DNA of 64,000 bases. Origin: Chloroflexota bacterium. GTDB lineage: Bacteria > Chloroflexota > UBA11872 > VXOZ01. Below are positions 19,210-30,107 of the stretch, in pieces (the first letter of the stretch is position 1; each line of letters begins with the position of its first letter). The position numbers were made by a program, and so were the translations under genes. The DNA lies in assembly GCA_965216245.1 (NCBI GenBank), contig OZ244145.1, forward strand, positions 2,449,055 to 2,513,054. Reading direction: 5' to 3'. The notes beneath the pieces are model-generated. The model had not been told where the DNA came from and searched no databases. It saw only the letters and a list, made by a program, of their open reading frames with translations.

Positions 19210-20379
19210 TTACATGGTAGGCCCGATCCTGTGGGGAGCGAATTCACGATGTCCCAGGATTTCCGTAGCCGTAAGCAGCCCGTTGACGGTGTCGAGTGTG
19301 AGGTCGAAAAGATCCTCGCCAAGCTCGCGGATGGTGGCGTTGCCTTCCAGCACCGGCACGCCGGAAAAGTCGATGTTGTCCTGCATACGCTCCACAGTCT
19401 GCGGATTGGCGCACACTTTGATGACCGGCGCGATCGGATTGCCCAGCGGCGAGCCCCGCCCGGTGGTGAAGAGGCAGATCTGCGCGCCGCCGGCCATCAT
19501 GCCGGTCACCGATTCCGAGTCAAACCCCGGCGTGTCCATCACCACCAGTCCTTTCTTGCTGGGGGCGTCGGCATAGCCGATCACCTCTTCCAGGACGGTA
19601 GTGCCGCCTTTGTAGATGCAGCCCAGGGACTTCTCTTCGATGGTCGTCAGACCGCCCTGAATGTTGCCCGGGGCTGGATTAGCCCCCCGAATCGAGACAC
19701 CCATCTTGAGCGCGTCGTTTTCCGCTTTGCGCACCACGGCGATGAGCTGCTCGCCAATTTCCGGTACGCGCGCCCTTTGGGCAAAGATGTGTTCGGCGCC
19801 GATGAACTCCGCGGCCTCGCTAATTATCACTGTGCCGCCGGCTTCCACCAGCATGTCGGAAACCACGCCCACGATGGGGTTGCTGGACAACCCGCTGGTG
19901 GTGTCGGAGCCCCCGCATTCGGTCGCCAGGACGAGCTCTGAGAGTGGGAATTCCTCCCGCTGCATAGAAGAAAGCTTGGCTGAGAGTTTTTGCGCCATCT
20001 GCGCGCCTTGTTGGATAGTCTTGATGGAGCCGCCGGCCTCTTGTATCACGATGAGCTCCACCGGCTTGCCTGTCTTGGCGATACCCTCGGCAATCAGGGG
20101 CGCTTCCGCCGTCTCGCAGCCAAGCCCGACCACGATGACACCCCCGACGTTCGGATTGCTGCCGGTTCCTACCATCGTGCGCACGAAAAGGTCTGCATCC
20201 GCTCCCAGTTGGCCGCATCCGTATTGATGTGTCGTGGTAACCGCGCCGGGCACGAGTTCCGTAATGCGCTGGCCCACGGTAGCCGAACAAATCACCGAGG
20301 GCAGGATCGCCAGGTGATTGCGCACTCCCACACGACCGTCGGGTCGGCGGTAGCCTCGAAATGTCTCTGCACGTGCCAC
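19210..20379 (-). CDS. UxaA/GarD-family dehydratase, large (C-terminal) subunit only
   Basis: 'FRGYRRPDGRVGVRNHLAILPSV' opening, typical of the large-subunit form. No SAF-domain ORF upstream. Confidence 0.75.
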   Translation of the reverse strand: MARAETFRGYRRPDGRVGVRNHLAILPSVICSATVGQRITELVPGAVTTTHQYGCGQLGADADLFVRTMVGTGSNPNVGGVIVVGLGCETAEAPLIAEGIAKTGKPVELIVIQEAGGSIKTIQQGAQMAQKLSAKLSSMQREEFPLSELVLATECGGSDTTSGLSSNPIVGVVSDMLVEAGGTVIISEAAEFIGAEHIFAQRARVPEIGEQLIAVVRKAENDALKMGVSIRGANPAPGNIQGGLTTIEEKSLGCIYKGGTTVLEEVIGYADAPSKKGLVVMDTPGFDSESVTGMMAGGAQICLFTTGRGSPLGNPIAPVIKVCANPQTVERMQDNIDFSGVPVLEGNATIRELGEDLFDLTLDTVNGLLTATEILGHREFAPHRIGPTM

Positions 20380-20522
20380 GGTGTTTTCCCCCTCTTCCGG
20401 CCTTGTTTGGTATCAAATACAGTCCATCTCGCTTTGCTTTCCCTCGTATTGTACTCTTCTTGTGGATTTAGTGTTACCGCACGAATAGCACCTGCACGAT
20501 CGACAGAAAACGGCCCCGCCTC

Positions 20523-20544
20523 TATGACGCACGTATGACGCACG
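20523..20544. repeat. exact tandem 11-mer TATGACGCACG x2 in the uxaA/groEL divergent intergenic region
   Basis: Read directly: 20523-20533 equals 20534-20544. Confidence 0.9.
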
Positions 20545-20851
20545 CGCCTGCGCTCTTGGGAGTCGAGCACAATGCTGTGGAGTGCCGGGAATGGTAATTG
20601 AGCCGAAGTAGTGTGATGGTCCAAGAGGAGTATTCTTGCAGGGATACGCTGCTATTAAGCGAAAACACAGGCATTTCTCGCACAAATGGGAGGTAATTTG
20701 ACATTAAAGTGCATGTAGAGTACGGTGAATCACTGTGCTATTGCACACTTTTGCTTGACAGCACGCACGAAGTAAACCGAGACTCGGCAAGAGCGAGTGT
20801 AGTTTGCCGGGTGTGTAAAATCATAGTTTGTTGAACGAGGAGACTGCATAG

Positions 20852-22474
<1,623 letters not shown>

Positions 22475-22502
22475 TCGCAAGCTATAGACAATGACAGCTT
22501 TG

Positions 22503-22533
22503 GCCCCTCCACGCTGGAGGGGCTTGCTTTTTC
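22503..22533 (+). terminator. Rho-independent terminator of groEL
   Basis: Stem GCCCCTCCA, loop cgc, stem TGGAGGGGC, followed by TTGCTTTTTCT. Confidence 0.8.
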
Positions 22534-22801
22534 TGTCTGCGCCGCTTCTTGGACTCTCGTCCGCCGACCCCGAGCCTCTCGCGGGCGGGACACACGTACG
22601 CGTGCGCAGTTGGCTGCGGCCTTGCAAATCGCCTGTACTAGCGAATGGCAGCCTTCCCGTAACGCAAAGGCTTCGACGTTACTTGAGGCGAGATCAAGGG
22701 ATAACGGTTTTGAAGCTAGCAAAAACCAGAGCGTGTTCGGTAAGAACTGGTGATACTATGTAGTCAAAGGCTGTAAGTGCCGCTACAAAGGAGTAGAAGT
22801 C

Positions 22802-23419
22802 ATGAATAAGCGGGCATTGCTGATTGCTATTGGCTTGATCGTCGTCGTGGTTGGTGGGGCAGGAGCCTGGTGGCTTGGGTCGCCCCTATTCCTCAATACG
22901 GTCGTCGAGGAGGAGCTGCCGTTCGAGATTCCAACCGCGGAAGAAATGGACAAGATGTCTGAAGATGAGCGTGAGAAAGTGGCCGCGGATGTAATGGACG
23001 CGGCAGCCAAGATGCCGGACAAAGAGATGGAAGAAGAGATGCCGGAGCAGGCGCAAGACGCCCAACCCGCGGTGGTAGCACAGGGCCAGTTCCGCGATGC
23101 GGATGACTTTCACAAGGGGGCCGGCACGGTGACGCTCTACCGCTTGGCGGACGGCACGCACCTCTTGCGGTTCGAAGACTTCCGCGTGACCAACGGCCCG
23201 CAGCTTCACGTGCTGCTGGTGAACCATGCTGATCCTGCCAGCCGCGCCGACATTGAGGAGGGGTACGTCGATCTGGGGTCGATAAAAGGAAACGTGGGCA
23301 GCCAGAACTACGAGATTGCGGCTGACACCGCCATAGATTCCGTCAAGAGCATCGTAATCTACTGCAAGCCCTTCCACGTCATCTTTGCCACGGCTACGCT
23401 CAGCAGCGACGGGAGTTAG
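22802..23419 (+). CDS. membrane-anchored DM13 domain protein
   Basis: N-terminal TM helix, an acidic linker, then 'GQFRDADDFHKGAGTVTLYRL.DG.HLLRFEDFRVTNGPQLHVLL'. Confidence 0.7.
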   Translation: MNKRALLIAIGLIVVVVGGAGAWWLGSPLFLNTVVEEELPFEIPTAEEMDKMSEDEREKVAADVMDAAAKMPDKEMEEEMPEQAQDAQPAVVAQGQFRDADDFHKGAGTVTLYRLADGTHLLRFEDFRVTNGPQLHVLLVNHADPASRADIEEGYVDLGSIKGNVGSQNYEIAADTAIDSVKSIVIYCKPFHVIFATATLSSDGS

Positions 23420-23607
23420 GGTGGTTTGGCGCTAGATAGCATTCCTGTAGCTTCCTCGAATTGCGCTCACAGATTGATCACCGAGGAGGCAACGCGACGA
23501 AGGCCGATGCGGAGGCATCAATGCGCGACAGTGACGTTGGCGGGAGGCCGATTGGGATCGCTTAGCGGGAACAAAGCTGAGTGATCGGTTGATCTCTCGC
23601 AAAGGAC

Positions 23608-23635
23608 GTAGGGGCACGGCATGCCGTGCCCCTAC
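23608..23635. repeat. 28-nt perfect palindrome GTAGGGGCACGGCATGCCGTGCCCCTAC (REP-like)
   Basis: Read directly. Located in the convergent intergenic region between the DM13 gene and ctaA. Confidence 0.9.
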
Positions 23636-23780
23636 TGTTTCGTCGCTGCTGCGGTAAGCTCGCGCGCCGAGAACGGAATGCCGCAAGGCATTGCGTCGCG
23701 TCGAACGCAGGAGTTTGCAAAGCAGGCGTTGCAAACGGTGCCGGAGCGTGGGTAGGAATTCCAATCCGCACCGATGGGGC

Positions 23781-23804
23781 GCAGGTCTGCAACCTGCGCT
23801 ACCG
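23781..23804. repeat. REP-like hairpin, family 2 (GCAGGT-N-ACCTGCGCTACC)
   Basis: gcaggtctgcaacctgcgctaccg. Related copies lie at 49367-49386 and 49556-49575. Confidence 0.8.
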
Positions 23805-23939
23805 GAGTTTAGGCAATCGGAACTGGTGACGGCGCAGCGAGGGCCGGAACCGGCAACGCTTCCATTAGACCGACGGCCGCTATTGGCAGAGACTCTCCAG
23901 CCAGCTACCGATTGCGCCCAGGCAGTACCAAGCTCCCGC

Positions 23940-24875
23940 TCACGCCGGATCAGGCGCAGGCGATTTTGCGGGGGCGTTAGCAGTCTGCGGCTGCTCAGCG
24001 TGGCGTTCCAGCGGCCAGAAGAAGAGCGCCGTTGCCGAAGCCATGATCAAGGCTGCGGTAAGAACGTGCGCCACCCGCAGCGGGTCGGGCAGGCCCATCA
24101 ATACCTGCGCAAAGCCCAGCGTGATTTGCAGCGCCAAAAGCGCGATTACGAGGACGCCGATCATTCTTGCATTGCTCTGGTCCACACGTATGCGCCAGCC
24201 CGCCAGCAAAGCCAACGTAATGGCGAATACGTACGCGGCGTAGCGGTGGCCCATGTGCACCTCTTCCAGGACACGAGGCGAGCCGCCGCCGCCATCGCAA
24301 CTCAGGATGCCGTGGCAGGCAATGCCGGCCGCCATGCCGACCACAAACGCGCCGGAAACCACGACGAGAAGCCCGGCGGAGAAGGCGGCAATTCCGCGCC
24401 ACTTGGGGAATGCACTGACGCTGAGCGATTTGTTCTGCACCTGCACCGCGCCCAATACGGTCGCGGAGATGAAGAGCATGGAAATCGTTAGGTGGGAACC
24501 TACGAGCAGGGCCGGCAATTCCGTAAGTACCGTCACCGCTCCGAGGACTATCTGCGCCACGAGCAGACAAGTGATCACAAGCACGGTAGGACGAATCTGG
24601 CGCATGCGGCCTTGGCCGAACCACGCCTTGACCAGCACCCAGATCACGCCGACAGTCAAGAGCAACGCCAACAAGCGATGAACAAACTCAATGACCGCCG
24701 CTGTTTCGAACGGCGGAATCACCTGACCTGAACAGAGCGGCCAATCGGGACATCCAAGTCCCGAGCCCGTCGCCCGTACCACCGCTCCCCATAGAATGTG
24801 TATGAGGGCCAGCGCAACGACACTCCACATTACCAGCTTTGCTTGATTGTCACCACGCTTCAATGCCTTCGTCAT
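23940..24875 (-). CDS. ctaA: heme A synthase (CtaA/COX15 family)
   Basis: 'GSGLGCPDWPLC', conserved His in TM helices ('FVHRLLA', 'HMGHRY'), about 8 TM segments. Confidence 0.85.
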   Translation of the reverse strand: MTKALKRGDNQAKLVMWSVVALALIHILWGAVVRATGSGLGCPDWPLCSGQVIPPFETAAVIEFVHRLLALLLTVGVIWVLVKAWFGQGRMRQIRPTVLVITCLLVAQIVLGAVTVLTELPALLVGSHLTISMLFISATVLGAVQVQNKSLSVSAFPKWRGIAAFSAGLLVVVSGAFVVGMAAGIACHGILSCDGGGGSPRVLEEVHMGHRYAAYVFAITLALLAGWRIRVDQSNARMIGVLVIALLALQITLGFAQVLMGLPDPLRVAHVLTAALIMASATALFFWPLERHAEQPQTANAPAKSPAPDPA

Positions 24876-25131
24876 GCTTCTCTCCTTCTGCGTAACATCT
24901 CAAATTCAGTATATCATTACGCTCACAATTGAAGCATCAGCGCAAGACCTCAGTGAGTTGCCAGGCAGGTACATCCATGTCATTATCTTGGACAGAGCCG
25001 CCGCCGGAGAGTAGAGAGTAATGTGGAGGCGCACGACATTCTGTTGGTCGTGATCAGTGTGTGAGGGTCGTGCGCGCAAGCTTGTCCCGGTAGTTTATGA
25101 GAATGGGCCTACAACGTAAGGAGCATTAACT

Positions 25132-26154
25132 ATGCCGGAAAGTATCAAGATCGTCGCACTTGAATCAGCGCACACCCACATGAACAGTCTAATCAGGCAG
25201 ACGCAGGAGTTGGAAGGCGCCGAGTTTGTCGGCTTTGCCGATCCAAAGCCGGAACACCGCGCCCAGACCAAAGAGCGCAGTGGACTCGGCGACGATATGG
25301 TTTTTGCCGAATATGAAAGGCTCCTTGACGAACGCCAACCGGACGCCGCGATCATATGTTCCACGAATGCCGATCACGTGAAGTACGTGGAGGCGCTGGC
25401 GCCGCGGGGCATTCACATCATGCTGGAGAAACCGTTTGCCGCCAGCCTCTCAGATGCCGACCGCATGATTGCGGCGTGCGAGAAGCACGACGTGACCTTG
25501 ATGGTCAATTGGCCGACCGCTTGGGGTCCGGCATTGCGGCGGGCGCGCGAAATCACTCAATCGGGCGTGCTCGGGCAAGTCTTTCAGATTGCCTTCCGGG
25601 GCGGGCACATGGGGCCCACCGCCGATTTCGATAGTTGGTGGTACCGTCCGCAGGATGGCGGCGGCGTGCTGCTGGACTACTGCTGCTACGCGGCTAACGT
25701 CTTTACGTGGATTCTCGGCAAGGTGCCGCGCCAGGTCTGCGGCATGGCCGATACACTGGTTAAGCCGGTCAAGTCTGAGGACAACGCGGTGCTGCTCCTG
25801 CGCTATGACGACGCGCTCTGTGTCAGCCAGGCCACCTGGACGCGATTTGGCCCGGAACCGATTCACGGACCTGTCATCAATGGCACAGCCGGCAGCGTGA
25901 CCGTGATCGGCAGAAACCAAGTCAAGCACTGCACCCAGGAGAATCCGGTCGGCGACATCATTGATGTACCCGATTTGCCGGAACCCCACATGCAGAGCGG
26001 GCCGGCGTATTTCGTCCACGCTCTTCAGAACGGCACGCCCATCGAGTCGCCGTGCGACGCGGCGTTCAACCGGGACGGACAGGAAATCCTGGAGGCGGGC
26101 AAGATAGCGGTCCAGACCGGCGTTACGGTGAATCTGCCTATTTTACGGGCCTAG
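25132..26154 (+). CDS. Gfo/Idh/MocA family NAD(P)-dependent oxidoreductase
   Basis: N-terminal Rossmann fold and 'IMLEKPFA'. Confidence 0.85.
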   Translation: MPESIKIVALESAHTHMNSLIRQTQELEGAEFVGFADPKPEHRAQTKERSGLGDDMVFAEYERLLDERQPDAAIICSTNADHVKYVEALAPRGIHIMLEKPFAASLSDADRMIAACEKHDVTLMVNWPTAWGPALRRAREITQSGVLGQVFQIAFRGGHMGPTADFDSWWYRPQDGGGVLLDYCCYAANVFTWILGKVPRQVCGMADTLVKPVKSEDNAVLLLRYDDALCVSQATWTRFGPEPIHGPVINGTAGSVTVIGRNQVKHCTQENPVGDIIDVPDLPEPHMQSGPAYFVHALQNGTPIESPCDAAFNRDGQEILEAGKIAVQTGVTVNLPILRA

Positions 26155-26185
26155 AGTCCTAACACATATCCTGCTATCGGATGAA

Positions 26186-26224
26186 AGAGAGGGAATGCCA
26201 TGCGTTCCCTCTCTCTGTGTTTGA
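26186..26224 (+). terminator. hairpin terminator candidate after the Gfo/Idh/MocA gene
   Basis: 10-bp stem AGAGAGGGAA / TTCCCTCTCT with a 9-nt loop, then CTGTGTTTGA. Confidence 0.55.
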
Positions 26225-26500
26225 GGACGAACTCTCTAAGGAGCCGACGAAAGATTCTGCAATTGCTTCTTGGTTGCCAAGATAGTTTGTTAGCCCAAGA
26301 CTCGTCTAGACTTCAGTGAGATTCGTCCAAAGCATGTCCAAGTTCGACGCGATGGAATTGGAGGAGCCACAGAGGGTCTGCACTCCATTCGTGCTGAGCA
26401 CTTGGACAAGTCAGTGCTGAGCTTGCCGTAGTGGTCAGCACAGGCTTCTCGCAGCATGAGCGGAACATTCATGTGCGCTTGCTACGCATCTTGCCCATCC

Positions 26501-26522
26501 ATATACCCCCCAGTGGTATAAT
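26501..26522 (+). promoter_or_regulatory. candidate metal-responsive operator overlapping a TATAAT -10 box upstream of copA
   Basis: Perfect dyad TATACC-N7-GGTATA (26502-26520) around a C-tract. TATAAT lies at 26517-26522, TTGCCC 20 nt upstream, about 130 nt before the copA start. Confidence 0.35.
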
Positions 26523-26650
26523 TGTAGGAGAGCATAGTTGCTCGCTGCGTGGGTCGCCGGTGCGCCAATAGTCTTAGCCGGCGGTAAGAGACGAGACATA
26601 ATGGGAAGGCTGCGGGCGGGAAGTGCCCGCTGCATCAAGAGGATTGATCC

Positions 26651-29182
26651 GTGGCGGTTACTGAGCATACGCAAGAACAACAATCGATCTCGCTGGTCGT
26701 GCAGGGTATGACCTGCGCGGCATGCGTTTGGCGGATCGAGGAAGCCGTTACCCGAATTCCGGGCGTGCGCGAGGCAGCCGTAAACCTGGCGACGGAGCGG
26801 GCGCGGGTTACCTATGACCCGGCTGTGGTTACGCCCGCCCACATTGCCCATGCCGTGACGGACGCGGGCTATACCCCTGCGGTAGTAAAGCGCACGTTGC
26901 GCGTGGGCGGCATGCAGGACGCCTCGGCGGTCAGCCGCGTAGAAGCAGCCCTCAGGGCCGTGCCGGGAGTCCTGCGAGCGGACCTGAACCTGGCGGCAGA
27001 GAATGCGTTTATCGCCTATCTCCCTGACGTTACGGACGTGGCTGCACTGAAAAGTAGCGTTGCGGCGGCGGGATATACGCTGGATGCCGTGGGGCATGAG
27101 CCGGAAACCGCCCTCGGCGGGCCTGCGCAGGCAGCCGGCAGCGCCGAGCAGCGTGCCATGAAGACGCGCTTGGGCATCGCTCTGGCGCTCTCGCTCTTGG
27201 TCCTGCTTGGCAGCATGGGCAGCGTGCTTTTCCCCTCTCTGCGCGGCTGGTGGGGCGAAAACCCCTATCTGCTCTGGGCGCTGGCGACACCGGTGCAGTT
27301 TTGGGTGGGCTGGCGTTTCTACCGGGGGGCATGGGCCACACTGAGGCACCTCACTTTTGACATGAACGCGCTCATCGTCATGGGCACCAGCGCAGCTTAT
27401 TTCTATAGCGTAGCGGCCGTGATGGCGCCGGGGTTCTTTATCAGCCAAGCAGTGGATGGCGAAATGCCGCTGTATTTCGACACTGCGGCAGTCATCATTA
27501 CGTTGATTCTCCTTGGGCGCTATCTTGAGGCGCGCGCCAAACGGCAAACCGCTGCTGCAATCCACGCATTGATGGACTTCCAACCGCAAATGGCGCGCAT
27601 TGTCCGTGAAGGCACACCCCACGAGGTGCCGGTCGCCGAGCTAGCCGTGGGCGACGTAGTCCAAGTGCGACCGGGCGAACGGGTGCCCGTGGATGGTCTT
27701 GTCTTGGCGGGGCAGAGCGCGGTTGATGAATCGATGCTTACCGGCGAAAGCATGCCCGTAGAGAAGGAGCCCGGAGATGAAGTCGTCGGCGGAACGCTGA
27801 ATACGATCGGCGCCTTCACGTTCCGCGCCACGAGGATAGGAAAGGACACGGCGCTCGCACGCATCGTGCGCTTGATCGAAGAGGCACAAGGCTCCAAAGC
27901 GCCGCTGCAGCGACTGGCGGATCGTATTGCCGCGCGCTTTGTACCCGCGGTTATCGCGGTTGCGCTGGTGACGTTTTTCGCGTGGTATCTTCTGGGGCCG
28001 GAGCCGGCGCTTACGCGGGCGCTGCTGGCTTTCGTGGCGGTGCTCATTATTGCGTGCCCCTGCGCATTGGGACTGGCGACCCCGACGGCAGTCATGGTCG
28101 CGATGGGCGCCGGCGCGGCAAAGGGCGTGCTGGTGCGCGACTCGGAAGCCCTCGAACGCCTGCACAACGTGACGACGGTCGTGCTGGACAAAACAGGCAC
28201 GCTCACCCAAGGCAAGCCTGAGGTTACGGACGTGATCGCTGTTGACCGGATGGACTCCGGCTTGCGCCGGAATGATGAACCGGGAGACAGCTCCCCTCAA
28301 AGCAATGACAGCGAATCCGCAGCCGAAATGCTGCGGCTTGCCGCCGCGGCGGAGCAGGCGAGCGAGCACCCGTTAAGTCAGGCGGTGGTGCGCGCGGCAC
28401 TTGCCAAGGCACTCACATTGCCGCCGGCCAAGGAATTCATTGCCGCGCCGGGACGCGGTATCCGCGCAGAGGTGACAGGCAAGTTGATTCGCGTGGGCAA
28501 CCAAGCCTACATGGAAGAGAGCGGCGTTGACTTAGGTGAGTATGCGGCCCGTGCCCGATCGTTTCACGAAGAAGGCAAGACCGCTCTATTCGTAGCCGTG
28601 GATGGAATTGTGGCGGGTGTGATCGCGGTAGCCGATACGCTCAAACCAAGTGCCGCGCCCACAATACAGACCCTCCGCGAAAGAGGACTCACAGTGATGA
28701 TGCTCACGGGTGATGCGGCGCGGACCGCGCAGGCGATTGCAGGGCAGCTTGCTATCGAGCACGTCTCGGCGGAAGTCTTGCCCGGACAAAAGGCGGCGGC
28801 AATCGAAGCGCGTCAGGCAGCAGGAGAAGTCGTCGCCATGGTCGGTGACGGCATTAATGATGCGCCGGCACTCGCCCGCGCGGACGTGGGCATTGCGCTG
28901 GGGGCCGGTGCTGACGTGGCGCTGGAAGCTGCGGACATAACACTCATGGGTGACAGCCTTAGCGGTCTTGAGACGGCCTTTGCGCTTTCCCTGGCCACGC
29001 GCCGCACGATTTGGCAGAATCTAGGCTGGGCGTTTGGTTACAACGTGGTGCTTATTCCAGTAGCTGCGGGCGTGCTATATCCCTTTATCGGAATCGTGCT
29101 GAATCCGATGCTGGCGGCAGCGGCAATGGCGTTTTCCTCTGTGTCAGTAGTCATGAACTCCCTCCGTTTGCGGCGGCTGTAA
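26651..29182 (+). CDS. copA: copper-translocating P1B-type ATPase
   Basis: HMA 'GMTCAAC', 'TGES', 'CPC' ('[12 protein letters not shown]'), 'DKTGT', 'GDGINDAP'. GTG start. Confidence 0.95.
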   Translation: MAVTEHTQEQQSISLVVQGMTCAACVWRIEEAVTRIPGVREAAVNLATERARVTYDPAVVTPAHIAHAVTDAGYTPAVVKRTLRVGGMQDASAVSRVEAALRAVPGVLRADLNLAAENAFIAYLPDVTDVAALKSSVAAAGYTLDAVGHEPETALGGPAQAAGSAEQRAMKTRLGIALALSLLVLLGSMGSVLFPSLRGWWGENPYLLWALATPVQFWVGWRFYRGAWATLRHLTFDMNALIVMGTSAAYFYSVAAVMAPGFFISQAVDGEMPLYFDTAAVIITLILLGRYLEARAKRQTAAAIHALMDFQPQMARIVREGTPHEVPVAELAVGDVVQVRPGERVPVDGLVLAGQSAVDESMLTGESMPVEKEPGDEVVGGTLNTIGAFTFRATRIGKDTALARIVRLIEEAQGSKAPLQRLADRIAARFVPAVIAVALVTFFAWYLLGPEPALTRALLAFVAVLIIACPCALGLATPTAVMVAMGAGAAKGVLVRDSEALERLHNVTTVVLDKTGTLTQGKPEVTDVIAVDRMDSGLRRNDEPGDSSPQSNDSESAAEMLRLAAAAEQASEHPLSQAVVRAALAKALTLPPAKEFIAAPGRGIRAEVTGKLIRVGNQAYMEESGVDLGEYAARARSFHEEGKTALFVAVDGIVAGVIAVADTLKPSAAPTIQTLRERGLTVMMLTGDAARTAQAIAGQLAIEHVSAEVLPGQKAAAIEARQAAGEVVAMVGDGINDAPALARADVGIALGAGADVALEAADITLMGDSLSGLETAFALSLATRRTIWQNLGWAFGYNVVLIPVAAGVLYPFIGIVLNPMLAAAAMAFSSVSVVMNSLRLRRL
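28251..28277. repeat. REP-like hairpin, family 1 (GGAyTCCGGC-N4-GCCGGAATGA), inside the copA reading frame
   Basis: tggactccggcttgcgccggaatgatg, translated in frame as 'MDSGLRRND'. Related copies lie at 38925-38949, 38968-38993 and 63974-63998. Confidence 0.8.
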
Positions 29183-29252
29183 GGCTTCTTTTAGGGTAAC
29201 TGTGGGACTGAGGCAAGACGTTGTTCAATTCACTTGAGTGCGTTTGAGGGTC

Positions 29253-29300
29253 GTCATTCCAAGCGCGCCATAGCCCCGTGCTTGACACGGGGGAGGAATC
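29253..29300. repeat. REP-like composite hairpin (GTCATTCC...CCCCGTG-cttgaca-CGGGGG...GGAATC)
   Basis: Read directly downstream of copA. The outer arms resemble family 1. Confidence 0.6.
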
Positions 29301-29561
29301 TAGAAATCTAGCAAAGTGCATAGATGGAGAGTTAATGGCCCGTGCATTGTGCGGTGTGGGGGACAAGCCCCGCGCTACAGCTATTGCAAGAGCCAAGTGT
29401 GAAGCGGCACGGGCAGACGTGCAAGGGTCGAACGCTTATTGGTCAAGATCCTAATGGAATTCACACGGAAAATTGCGTACGATGGACGAAGAATACGAAG
29501 GCTTACGCCTTGCCGACGGCAAGACGCCTGGAGCACCCCCACTATCGAAAGGAGCACTATC

Positions 29562-29708
29562 ATGGCCAAGTGCGCGACCTGCAATGAATCGGTTGACCCC
29601 GCGACTGCCGAACACAAAGTGGAATACCGAGGCACAGTCTACTACTTCTGCTGCCGTCACTGTCTAGCAGCCTTCGAGCAGGGGCCGGAGCGGTACGTGA
29701 AGGCGTAG
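29562..29708 (+). CDS. YHS/TRASH-type metal-binding mini-protein (48 aa)
   Basis: 'MAKCATCNESVDP...YRGTVYYFCCRHCLAAFEQGPERYV'. GAAAGGAG RBS before the ATG at 29562. The track ORF starts further upstream at 29439. Confidence 0.7.
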   Translation: MAKCATCNESVDPATAEHKVEYRGTVYYFCCRHCLAAFEQGPERYVKA

Positions 29709-29984
29709 CGGCGAGTCTGAACAGCAGTCAATTCCGCTACTGGATGCTCCCCTCACGCACTGGCGACTCGCGTGAAGGCACTCGCTCCTATACGCGAAAA
29801 GGCAAGGCATTCCTAGATTCTTAGCCTTTTCTTAGGCTGGGATTCCCGCGCGTTTGATCATAGTTATCCTGTGCATTCCTTCGTGCTCCGTTTCCTTGCA
29901 TAGCAAAGAATGCCTGCATTTGCCCGCAAACGGCGCTCATTTGCTAGCGCCGACTTATGGCGGCGGCGTTTCCCCTCTTAATGC

Positions 29985-30012
29985 TTGACAGACCGCGCCA
30001 CTGTGTAATGAT
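29985..30012 (+). promoter_or_regulatory. sigma70-like promoter candidate for the first SBP paralogue
   Basis: TTGACA (29985-29990), a 16-nt spacer, then extended -10 TGtAATGAT (30004-30012), about 95 nt upstream of the ATG at 30108. Confidence 0.3.
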
Positions 30013-30107
30013 GGATTCTATACACGGTGCCGGGTGGAGCGAGAGATGTGGGGGATGAAGGCGCCTTAACAGTTTAAGCACTGCACTTTGGCGAAAGGAG
30101 CAGAGCA

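Noticed and set aside
20600-20851. CIRCE/HrcA operator upstream of groEL
   Set aside because: The nearest look-alike (gagcacaatgctgtggagtgcc, ~20565-20590) is not an inverted repeat of the TTAGCACTC-N9-GAGTGCTAA type.
22491-22763. 90-aa ORF directly after groEL
   Set aside because: It begins inside the groEL terminator hairpin and has a junk-like composition.
23691-24491. 266-aa plus-strand ORF opposite ctaA and the REP region
   Set aside because: It is extremely Arg-rich, runs through palindromic repeats, and lies antisense to a clear heme A synthase.
26435-27622. 395-aa minus-strand ORF overlapping the copA 5' half
   Set aside because: It lies antisense to an unambiguous P-type ATPase and has an Arg/His/Cys-rich nonsense composition.
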